Virus record (IMG/VR): IMGVR_UViG_3300000176_000003
Coordinates: 1-64,000 of that record
Origin: a virus
Taxonomy: Duplodnaviria; Heunggongvirae; Uroviricota; Caudoviricetes
Direction: 5' to 3' (one strand)
DNA length: 64,000 bases
Part shown: piece by piece, positions 56,263 to 64,000 of the stretch
Layout: every line of letters begins with the position of its first letter
Position numbering within the stretch: position 1 is the first letter of the stretch
Made by a program: the position numbers and the translations under genes
The notes under the pieces: model-generated
Told to the model about the DNA's origin: nothing
Seen by the model: the letters and a program-made list of their open reading frames with translations, nothing else
Database searches by the model: none

Positions 56263-57987
56263 ATGCACGATATTGATTTGATGCTTAAACTACAGCTAGA
56301 AGGCAAGCACAAAGAAGCGAGAGATATTTCAGATAAAATTGAAATGGGTGGACCAGAACAATTAAAAGATGTTCGGGGAAATAGTACTGAAGATATTTGG
56401 TTTAGACATTGCTTCAATAGAGGCTGGTTCATTATTAATGATGGAGATTATCAAGCGGGATGTCAGTTGCTTGAACATGGCCGTTTTCTAAATGTATACG
56501 GTTCTCCACCACTCTATACACAAGCTCCTATCTTTAATCCAGAGCAGCACGACATCACTGATAAGTCTATTATCGTATCACTAGAAGGTGGATATGGCGA
56601 TGAGATTATTCATGCTCGATTTGCTACATCATTCAAGAAGATGGGTGCCAAGGCAGTATACATTGCTGCGGCTCCAGAACTTGTATCTGTATTTGAGCGT
56701 ATTGAGGGGGTTGATGGCGTAATCCTTCGTAATCAAGCCCATACAGTTCCGCATGATTTCTGGGTCCCAGGATTCTCTGCAGGATGGGTCGCTGGACATA
56801 CTTTCGATAACTTCCCAAATGATCCCTATCTATCTCCAAGACACGAATCAGTAGAAGTGTGGAAGACTATGATTAATTCAGATAAGATTAAGGTAGGTAT
56901 TCGCTGGGCTGGTAATCCTAAGTTTGAGCATCAACAATTCCGTAAGTTCCCAGAGAACTTCATTACTAATCTTGTCAAGTATGATGAACTACAAATCTAT
57001 AGTCTACAAAGAGATCATAATCTACTAGAACTGCCTGAAGGTGTAGCTGATCTGCAGCACTTCCTACTTTCTTGGGAAGATACTTTGGCGGCAATTGCTA
57101 ATCTAGATATTGTAATCTCATCCTGTACTTCTATTGCGCATATTGCGGCTGCTATGGGTAAGGAAACTTGGGTCATTACTCCAATCCTTCCATATCATAC
57201 TTGGACTCCAGGAGCCCCGGATTCAAATACTTCGCCTTATTATAAATGTGTAAGAGTATTCAGACAAGATGATTCTAAGACTTGGAATGGCTGTTTCCAA
57301 CAACTGTATGCTGATCTAGAAGAAAAGTTTAACCTAAAGCATATTGATATGCCCAATGAAGATCGTTCTTATAAGAAACTAAATCTTGGTTGCGGGCTTC
57401 AAAAGCTAAATGGTTTTGTGAATGTTGATAAGTCTGATCTAGTTTCACCTGATCAAAAAGTTGATTTAAACATTACTCCTTGGCCTTGGAAAGATAATGA
57501 ATTCGACCATATTGTAGCTAAAGATATTCTTGAACATCTTGGTGATACAAATGAAGAATTTATTGATATACTAAAAGAAATATATAGAGTATCTGAAAAC
57601 GGTGCAATTTGGGAAGTACAAGTACCACATTGGAGATGTGATACTGCGCTAGATGATCTGACACACAAGCGTCTAATTACTCTAGGGATGTTTAATCTAT
57701 TCAATAAGAGAATGCTTATTGAAAGAGCGCGACAAGGTCAATCAGATTCTTTACTTGCCTTTGAGCATGATATGGATATTGAAATTTGTGATGTTCAATT
57801 TGAGTATACTCCACCTTGGCAAGATCGTTTAAAGGCAGGAAAAATTACACAAGAAGAATTAAATTATGCTTTGAATCATTTTAATAATGTTGCTTTATCT
57901 ATGCGTCTATTGGTACAAACACATAAGCCAGGACGAATTGATGATGAAGAATTGAAGAGAGTACTTAATGAACAGTCTATTTTATAG
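56263..57987 (+). CDS. bifunctional glycosyltransferase family 9 (heptosyltransferase-like) / class I SAM-dependent methyltransferase
   Basis: N-terminal half: GGYGDEIIHARF ... IRWAGNPKFEHQQFRKFP ... DTLAAIANLDIVISSCTSIAHIAAAMGKETWVI (GT9 pattern). C-terminal half: LNLGCGLQKLNGFVNVD ... HIVAKDILEHL (Methyltransf_11-like). Confidence 0.6.
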   Translation: MHDIDLMLKLQLEGKHKEARDISDKIEMGGPEQLKDVRGNSTEDIWFRHCFNRGWFIINDGDYQAGCQLLEHGRFLNVYGSPPLYTQAPIFNPEQHDITDKSIIVSLEGGYGDEIIHARFATSFKKMGAKAVYIAAAPELVSVFERIEGVDGVILRNQAHTVPHDFWVPGFSAGWVAGHTFDNFPNDPYLSPRHESVEVWKTMINSDKIKVGIRWAGNPKFEHQQFRKFPENFITNLVKYDELQIYSLQRDHNLLELPEGVADLQHFLLSWEDTLAAIANLDIVISSCTSIAHIAAAMGKETWVITPILPYHTWTPGAPDSNTSPYYKCVRVFRQDDSKTWNGCFQQLYADLEEKFNLKHIDMPNEDRSYKKLNLGCGLQKLNGFVNVDKSDLVSPDQKVDLNITPWPWKDNEFDHIVAKDILEHLGDTNEEFIDILKEIYRVSENGAIWEVQVPHWRCDTALDDLTHKRLITLGMFNLFNKRMLIERARQGQSDSLLAFEHDMDIEICDVQFEYTPPWQDRLKAGKITQEELNYALNHFNNVALSMRLLVQTHKPGRIDDEELKRVLNEQSIL

Positions 57988-58675
57988 TTATAATACACAA
58001 GTAGAATCTGCATATATTATAACAGTAAAAGGCCACCAACAATCAGAAAAGATATCGAGGCGCTGTCAAGAGTCTTGTGGCAAAGTCTCGATGTCTTATA
58101 AAGTTTGGGATGCTTTTGACGGGACTGGTAATAATATTGTAGTTCCAGAACATAGCAAAAACGAGACTATAAGTAATATAGTCAAGGTTACAGATCATTA
58201 TCTTACTCGTGGTGAAGTGGCTTGCGCATTGAGTCATATTAGTCTTTGGGCTCATTGCGCTAGAATTGATCAACCAATAGTTATTCTTGAGCACGATTCT
58301 ATTATGATCAAGAAGTTTGAATCACACGATTCGTTCAATTCAATCATATATCTTGGTGGACAAGAATGGGCGAAGCAGAATTGGCAGATTTATCCAATTC
58401 CACCCCATGCATCTGAGGGGCCAAATTACCATTTCATTTGCAGAGCGCATGCATATTCTATTGATCCAACAATGGCAAAGAATCTTCTTTCATATGTTAT
58501 AAAAGAAGGGATATCTGCCCCACTAGATATTATGCTTAGAGCAGACTTATTCAATATTACTCATCAGGGTCTTTATGCTTATGATGATAATACAAATGCA
58601 ACAAATGATACTACAATCAAAGCTAGGCCTGTTGAGGGTAGAACAACCAAGCGAAATGATAGATTGGAATATTGA
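57968..58675 (+). CDS. glycosyltransferase family 25 (LPS/LOS biosynthesis type)
   Basis: AYIITVKGHQQSEKISRR... and YLTRGEVACALSHISLW match the GT25 motifs (iyvInL..s.eRr; lt.GEiGCalSH..lW). Confidence 0.65.
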   Translation: MNSLFYSYNTQVESAYIITVKGHQQSEKISRRCQESCGKVSMSYKVWDAFDGTGNNIVVPEHSKNETISNIVKVTDHYLTRGEVACALSHISLWAHCARIDQPIVILEHDSIMIKKFESHDSFNSIIYLGGQEWAKQNWQIYPIPPHASEGPNYHFICRAHAYSIDPTMAKNLLSYVIKEGISAPLDIMLRADLFNITHQGLYAYDDNTNATNDTTIKARPVEGRTTKRNDRLEY

Positions 58676-59286
58676 TGTATAAATTTACTATGGATTTTAA
58701 CTACGGTAATGAATTAGGCGGAGCAAAGAGAAACATCGCTCAGTTAATTAATGCTTTTGGTATTCCTAATACTATCATTGAAGTAGGTGTATTTGAAGGT
58801 GGTACTACTTTTTGGATGAATGATGAACTTTGTAAGGTTAATCCTAATCTTAAGATTTATGCCATTGATCCTCATGTTGGCAGTAATGATATGAGTGAAG
58901 ACTTTAATATGGTTGCGGATAATTTTAATCATAACATGCATGTCTGCCCTGATAACAAGATCAAACACATTAAACTTCCTAGTGAAGATGGTCTAATATA
59001 TCTTCGTAATATTGGAGCTAAGGCTGAATTGATTTATATTGATGGGGATCATAGAGCCGGGCCTGTTATGTCTGATCTTGTTCTAGCTTGGAAACTCTTG
59101 CAGAAGGGTGGTGTTATACTTTGTGATGACACTACGGTTTGGAAGTATGATGATGGATCAAATACATTTCCTGCTCAGATGAGCCCCAGAATGGCAGTTG
59201 AATTCTTCATTCAATGTCATTGGCACGAACTTCAATTAATATCACTAGAGAATCCTATTCAAACCGCATTTATGAAAATGGTCTGA
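58672..59286 (+). CDS. class I SAM-dependent O-methyltransferase (TylF/Methyltransf_24-like)
   Basis: IIEVGVFEGGTTFWM ... YIDGDHRAGPVMSDLVLAWKLLQKGGVILCDD. Confidence 0.5.
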   Translation: MMYKFTMDFNYGNELGGAKRNIAQLINAFGIPNTIIEVGVFEGGTTFWMNDELCKVNPNLKIYAIDPHVGSNDMSEDFNMVADNFNHNMHVCPDNKIKHIKLPSEDGLIYLRNIGAKAELIYIDGDHRAGPVMSDLVLAWKLLQKGGVILCDDTTVWKYDDGSNTFPAQMSPRMAVEFFIQCHWHELQLISLENPIQTAFMKMV

Positions 59287-60095
59287 TGATTACTTGTGCT
59301 TATACAATCTGTAAGAATGAACTTCAATTCGTAGAGAAGTGGCTTTATTATACTAAAGACTTTACGTACCGTTGCATTCTTGATACAGGATCGACTGATG
59401 GAACATATGAAGCTTTTCAAAAAGCAGCCGAGACTGATCCGAATCTTATTTTAGAGCAAAAGATCTTTACACCCTGGAAATTCAATGTAGCTAGAAACTA
59501 TAACCTAGACATGATTCCTCAGAATGTTGATTGGTGTCTTTCTCCTGATCTTGATGAGTATTTTTCGATCAATGTTCTAGATGAGATGCAAAATACTATC
59601 AAAGAAAATACAAATGTAACTAATATTGCCTGTGATAGACTTGACCTATATACTAAGAATGTTAGAGTAGGACCACCACACAGCCTTCCTACTAATAAGA
59701 TTCATAGAAGACACGACTATACTTGGGCTCAACCTATCTATGAACATCTCTGGTTTAAACATAAAGATCGCAATGAAGTAGAAATTTATAATGATATGAT
59801 TTACTTAATTCATGATCAAGATTTCAAAAAGCAGTCTAGGCCAGAACTATATACTCAAATGCTTAAGGATGAATTTGAAACTAATCCTACTAATTGCTGG
59901 ACTCTCTGGTTTCTTCTTAATCATTATTTCAAAGAGCAAGATCTTCCAAATTTTATTGAATGTGCTATAGTATTTGTACAGCACGCCAATAAAGATGATA
60001 GAAGAGAGCAAGTCGTTAGTGCCCTTAAAGGTATATACCAAACACAACCTTTAACTATTGACCAAAAACAACAGATATTGAGATCATTAGGATAA
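59286..60095 (+). CDS. GT-A fold glycosyltransferase (family 2-like)
   Basis: MITCAYTICKNELQFVEKW ... ILDTGSTDGT ... DLDEYF (DxGSTDGT and DxD-like). ATG overlaps the upstream TGA. The frame is open from 59214. Confidence 0.5.
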   Translation: MITCAYTICKNELQFVEKWLYYTKDFTYRCILDTGSTDGTYEAFQKAAETDPNLILEQKIFTPWKFNVARNYNLDMIPQNVDWCLSPDLDEYFSINVLDEMQNTIKENTNVTNIACDRLDLYTKNVRVGPPHSLPTNKIHRRHDYTWAQPIYEHLWFKHKDRNEVEIYNDMIYLIHDQDFKKQSRPELYTQMLKDEFETNPTNCWTLWFLLNHYFKEQDLPNFIECAIVFVQHANKDDRREQVVSALKGIYQTQPLTIDQKQQILRSLG

Positions 60096-60898
60096 TGAAG
60101 ACTTTTCACTTTCTATCAGGATTGCCTAGATCGGGTTCTACAGTTCTATCTGCAATTCTCAATCAACGCCCCGAAGTATACGTTACGCCAACGTCTCCTA
60201 TGCTAGATATTCTTATTGAGAACCAAAATGCTTGGAGGAATTTGCCTTCATTTATAGCAAATCCGAATGAAGATCAGCTTACAAATATTACTAGAGCAAT
60301 GATTCATGCTACATGGGAACATAGGCCAGAACAAATTATTATTGATAAGAATCGTGGGTGGGGTAAAAATATGCCAGCATCTACAATCTTGTTTGAAAAA
60401 GAAATTAAGATGATTGCTACTACCCGAGATTTGCCTAGTATAATGGCGTCGTGGCTTACTCTATTACATAACAACCCAAATAGTTATATGACTCAGGTTC
60501 TTCAAAAGCGTCATATTCGCGCAACTGATGAAAATATGATGCTTGAAATGTGGAATAATATGGTTAAGGACTGTATGGAAAGTTTAGTTTGTGCTAAGAG
60601 AGATGCGGGCAATAGGCTTTTATTAATTGATTACGACCAATTAATAAAAAATCCTGAAGAACAAGTCCACTCTATTGAAAAATTTTTAGGATTGATTCCT
60701 TTTAACTATAACTTTACTAATATAAAATCTGAAACTAATGATGATGATTTGAGTGCTTGGGGATTACAGGGTATGCATACCATTAGACCACAACTTAAAA
60801 AAATAGCAAAAAATCCGAGAGAGGTTCTTGGGGACAAGTTATTTGACAAGTTTGTTCAATTGGAAATGTTGTATAAAGGGAAAGATTATAAATACTAA
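60095..60898 (+). CDS. sulfotransferase family protein
   Basis: 5'-PSB-like GLPRSGSTVLSAIL and 3'-PB-like IATTRDLPSIMASW. TAATG coupling with the upstream gene. Confidence 0.6.
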   Translation: MKTFHFLSGLPRSGSTVLSAILNQRPEVYVTPTSPMLDILIENQNAWRNLPSFIANPNEDQLTNITRAMIHATWEHRPEQIIIDKNRGWGKNMPASTILFEKEIKMIATTRDLPSIMASWLTLLHNNPNSYMTQVLQKRHIRATDENMMLEMWNNMVKDCMESLVCAKRDAGNRLLLIDYDQLIKNPEEQVHSIEKFLGLIPFNYNFTNIKSETNDDDLSAWGLQGMHTIRPQLKKIAKNPREVLGDKLFDKFVQLEMLYKGKDYKY

Positions 60899-60918
60899 TA
60901 ATAATTTAGGAGATAATA

Positions 60919-61692
60919 ATGGCTGCACCTGGAACAACATTTCAACAAACTTTAGGAGTTTCTAGCAAAGATCAATTGAAAGATTATTGCTTAAGACGCC
61001 TGGGTGCGCCGGTTATTGAAATCAACGTGGATGATGATCAAGTTGATGATCGTATCAATGATGCCTTAAAGTTTTATTGGGATTATCACTTTGAAGGGTC
61101 AGAAAAACAATATTACAAATATGGACCAATTACAAGCCAAGATGTAGCCAATAGATATATTACATTACCACAAAATATAATTGGGGCTGTTAGAGTATTT
61201 CCTATTGGTCAGGCATTATCGACAAATAATCTGTTCAATATTCGCTACCAAATTGCGCTAAATGATCTATACGATCTGACAGCAACAACGATGGTTCCAT
61301 ATTATATGGCAATGCAACATATTCAGTTTCTCGAACAATTATTGGTTGGGGAAAATGCTATCAGATATAATAGAGTAAACAATATTCTTTATATTGATAT
61401 GGATTGGCATATTGTAAGTGTTGGTCAATATTTTATTATTGAATGTTATCAGGTAGTAGATCCAGACACATATACTTCTGCTTGGAGTGATCGTTGGTTA
61501 CAAAGATATGCTACAGCAATGATCAAACAACAGTGGGGTACAAACCTAAGCAAGTATACTGGTGTTGCTCTTCCTGGAGGATTAAAATTTAATGGTGCTC
61601 AAATCTATAAGGAAGCGACAGACGAAATTGCAGCACTAGAAAAAGAAATGATCAATAGTTATTCATTCCCACCGGATATAATGATTGGCTAG
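60919..61692 (+). CDS. neck protein gp13-like (by position)
   Basis: 257 aa. Lies two genes upstream of the confidently recognised gp15, in the T4 order 13-14-15-16-17. Confidence 0.4.
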   Translation: MAAPGTTFQQTLGVSSKDQLKDYCLRRLGAPVIEINVDDDQVDDRINDALKFYWDYHFEGSEKQYYKYGPITSQDVANRYITLPQNIIGAVRVFPIGQALSTNNLFNIRYQIALNDLYDLTATTMVPYYMAMQHIQFLEQLLVGENAIRYNRVNNILYIDMDWHIVSVGQYFIIECYQVVDPDTYTSAWSDRWLQRYATAMIKQQWGTNLSKYTGVALPGGLKFNGAQIYKEATDEIAALEKEMINSYSFPPDIMIG

Positions 61693-61729
61693 ATTGTACA
61701 CTTTATTATAATACAACTAAGGATATTAT

Positions 61730-62446
61730 ATGCCAACAACATCATTCTTTTTTAACCAAACATCTTTCGCCTCGGAACAAAAATTATTTGATAGTCTTGC
61801 TATCGAAATGATCAAGATTCATGGTGTAGATTTGATCTACATGCCAAGAACGACTCCAAATGTCGATAAACTATTTTTAGAAGATCCGACATCAGAGTTT
61901 AATAATGCAATCCATATTGAAATGTATATTAAGAATTTCCAGGGTTGGCAAGGCGATGGCGATCTTATGTCAAAATTTGGTATTTCTATGGCTGACCAAA
62001 TCACTTTTGCTTGCTCAAGAACTAGATTCCAAGAAGAAATTGGTTCTGTTTATGATATAATTCGTCCTAGAGAAGGCGATCTAATTTACTTCTCTATTCC
62101 AAATACAATATTCGAAGTCAAGTTTGTTGAACATGAATCTACGTTCTATCAGTCTGGCGGTCTAACTTATTTTGATATTAAGTGTGAACGCTTCAATTAT
62201 TCTGCAGAGTCTCTCAATACCGGAATTGAAGATATTGATAAAATCGAAAAGAAATATACTACAGCTATACTACCAGATAGATTAGATACAGAATCTCAAA
62301 CAAATATTATTACTGAAGATGGAATATATATTGATGCTGAAAGTGGAAATATTAAGATTACTGATCCTCTAGCTCAGAATGATTTCTTAGGAACTCAAGA
62401 CTCTATAATAAACTTCAACGTAAGCAACCCATTTGGTGACACATAA
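61730..62446 (+). CDS. neck protein gp14-like (by position)
   Basis: 238 aa, TAATG-coupled to gp15-like. Confidence 0.45.
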   Translation: MPTTSFFFNQTSFASEQKLFDSLAIEMIKIHGVDLIYMPRTTPNVDKLFLEDPTSEFNNAIHIEMYIKNFQGWQGDGDLMSKFGISMADQITFACSRTRFQEEIGSVYDIIRPREGDLIYFSIPNTIFEVKFVEHESTFYQSGGLTYFDIKCERFNYSAESLNTGIEDIDKIEKKYTTAILPDRLDTESQTNIITEDGIYIDAESGNIKITDPLAQNDFLGTQDSIINFNVSNPFGDT

Positions 62447-63252
62447 TGTTAGGATTTAATTGGTATCATGGTCTTGTAAGAAATTATGTAATATTGTTTG
62501 GATCATTATTCAACGATATTCAAATTTCTCGTGTCGATAGTTCTAATACAGAAGTGCAAATTTTAAATGTTCCTGTTGAATATGGTCCAAAAGAAAGATA
62601 TCTTACTAGAGCAGCAGAGAATCCAGATTTGCTTCGTCCAATCTCGTATACTTATCCAAGAATGGCATTTGAAATCACAGATTTTAAATATGATTCCGAT
62701 AGAAAATTAAACAGTATTGGAAAATCTACAACAGGAGGAAGTACTACCGGTACATTAAAAACTCAATTGAATCCTGTTCCATATAATATTAATTTTAGGC
62801 TCTCTATAATAACAAGAAATACTGATGATGCATTGCGAATTGTAGAACAAATAATTCCATATTTCACCCCAGTTCTTAATGTGTCGGTAGACTTGATTCC
62901 AGAAATGAATTATGGGCCTATAACAATACCTATTACACTAAATTCAGTTAGACAAGATGAACAATATGAAGGCGGATTTGAATCTAAAGAGTTTGTTATT
63001 TGGACATTAGATTTTTCAATAAAGGCATATCTATATGGTCCCATTTCTTCTGGAACAGTAATCAAAAATATCAATGTAAACTTTATAATTCCTCCAGGAA
63101 ACACTGTTCAGGAAAGTATAAATATTATACCGGGAGTTGATGCAAATGGAAATCCAACATCACTTCTTGCGAATTCTATACCGCAGGCTAATATATCAGC
63201 CAATTCTAATTATGGATTTATTACAACATTTACAAGTGATATAAATGGATGA
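62446..63252 (+). CDS. tail sheath stabiliser / tail completion protein gp15-like
   Basis: RNYVILFGSLFNDIQISR and LRIVEQIIPYFTP align with T4 gp15 RRYATLMGDLFSNIQIKR and FQIVEQILPYFQP. Confidence 0.8.
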   Translation: MLGFNWYHGLVRNYVILFGSLFNDIQISRVDSSNTEVQILNVPVEYGPKERYLTRAAENPDLLRPISYTYPRMAFEITDFKYDSDRKLNSIGKSTTGGSTTGTLKTQLNPVPYNINFRLSIITRNTDDALRIVEQIIPYFTPVLNVSVDLIPEMNYGPITIPITLNSVRQDEQYEGGFESKEFVIWTLDFSIKAYLYGPISSGTVIKNINVNFIIPPGNTVQESINIIPGVDANGNPTSLLANSIPQANISANSNYGFITTFTSDING

Positions 63253-63658
63253 AGACAATAAAAAAGACCACATAGCAAATATTCTCAATATTACTCCGAG
63301 GGTACGAGAGAATGGTGTGGTGATTTATCAAGAACCAAAAGAAGGTGATACTGAAGCAGAAACGGATGTTAATTATGTTCGAAGTATGATGTATGACACA
63401 ATCGCAACTACAAAAGATGCTTTAGATGAAATTCTTTCTATTGCTAAACAATCTCAGCACCCAAGAGCATTTGAAGTCGTGGCTAATCTTCTTAATACTA
63501 TGAGAGACGCCAATAAAGATTTGTTAGACCTTCACAAAACTAAAAAAGAATTAAGACAAGAAGATAAGCCTGAATCTCCAGGAACAATAAACCAAAATTT
63601 GTTTGTTGGTTCCACTAAAGAGCTTCTTGATATGATAAGAGGTAAAAATGGCAATTGA
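63245..63658 (+). CDS. terminase small subunit gp16-like
   Basis: HPRAFEVVANLLNTMRDANKDLLDLHK aligns with T4 gp16 [27 protein letters not shown]. Confidence 0.75.
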   Translation: MDEDNKKDHIANILNITPRVRENGVVIYQEPKEGDTEAETDVNYVRSMMYDTIATTKDALDEILSIAKQSQHPRAFEVVANLLNTMRDANKDLLDLHKTKKELRQEDKPESPGTINQNLFVGSTKELLDMIRGKNGN

Positions 63659-64000
63659 TAATACAGTTTACTTAGGCAATAAAAACCTAAAAAAAGCTGG
63701 TGTAAATATTGGTTGGAATGGTGAACAATTACAAGAATATCTTAAGTGTTCTGAAGACCCAATTTACTTTATTAAAACATATATCAAAATTGTAAATATT
63801 GATAAAGGTCTTATTCCGTTTGAATTGTGGCCTTTCCAAGAAAAGATGGTTTTGACTTCTATCAATAACAGATTCGTTATTGCTAAAATGCCTCGTCAGG
63901 TTGGTAAATGTTTTTCATTAAACACTACTGTAAAGATTAGAAATAAAAAAACACTAATCGAAGAAACAATTACAGTAGGCGAATTATATGCAAGATCAAT
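63648..64000 (+). CDS. terminase large subunit gp17-like (5' partial, continues past window end)
   Basis: LKKAGVNIGWNGEQLQEYLKCSEDPIYFIKTYIKIVNIDKGLIPFELWPFQEKMV...MPRQVGKC aligns with T4 gp17 [55 protein letters not shown]...LSRQLGKT (Walker A). Confidence 0.8.
   Translation, partial: MAIDNTVYLGNKNLKKAGVNIGWNGEQLQEYLKCSEDPIYFIKTYIKIVNIDKGLIPFELWPFQEKMVLTSINNRFVIAKMPRQVGKCFSLNTTVKIRNKKTLIEETITVGELYARS

Noticed and set aside
1-64000. tRNA genes, rRNA, transposases/IS elements, integrase
   Set aside because: Visual scan found no tRNA T-arm/acceptor signatures (for example GGTTCGAATCC-type), no transposase-like ORFs and no inverted-repeat-flanked mobile element. Only a scan by eye was possible, so small tRNAs could have been missed.

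Overview
The window reads as a contiguous segment of a T4-superfamily myovirus genome with roughly 36-40 % G+C, all genes on the + strand, and a gene order that departs from canonical T4. From 5' to 3' it contains the following. (1) A cell-puncturing spike module: a possible hub protein, a gp5-like OB-fold plus GH19-like lysozyme, a beta-helical spike carrying a peptidase-M15 domain, and a gp5.4-like PAAR tip. (2) A signal-peptide NucA-type nuclease behind a T4-style late promoter (TATAAATA). (3) A roughly 20 kb block (about 5.7-25.7 kb) of about 55 small early-type genes. Each short operon is bracketed by a sigma70-like promoter (TTTTTTGTTGACAC...) and a hairpin terminator. The block includes four paralogous hexapeptide (VYGNAx) repeat proteins, a metallophosphoesterase, a minimal nucleotidyltransferase, a GatB/YqeY-domain protein, an SPFH lipoprotein, a 37-aa Asp/Tyr-rich hyperacidic peptide, a GC-rich structured element and a GGGTCCC iteron array. 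(4) A late structural block beginning with a TATAAATA promoter and gp25-gp6-gp7. It continues with giant structural proteins (one with a C-terminal PA14 domain), two very long repeat-rich fibres (one ending in a peptidase-S74 intramolecular chaperone domain), a tail-fibre assembly chaperone and a 1407-aa RCC1-repeat protein. (5) A five-gene glycan-modification cassette (GT9-methyltransferase fusion, GT25, TylF-like MTase, GT2-like, sulfotransferase) sitting where T4 carries wac. (6) Neck genes gp13/gp14/gp15, terminase small subunit gp16 and the 5' end of large terminase gp17. All assignments rest on motif and similarity recognition by eye, with no database search. No tRNA, rRNA, CRISPR array or transposase was recognised.
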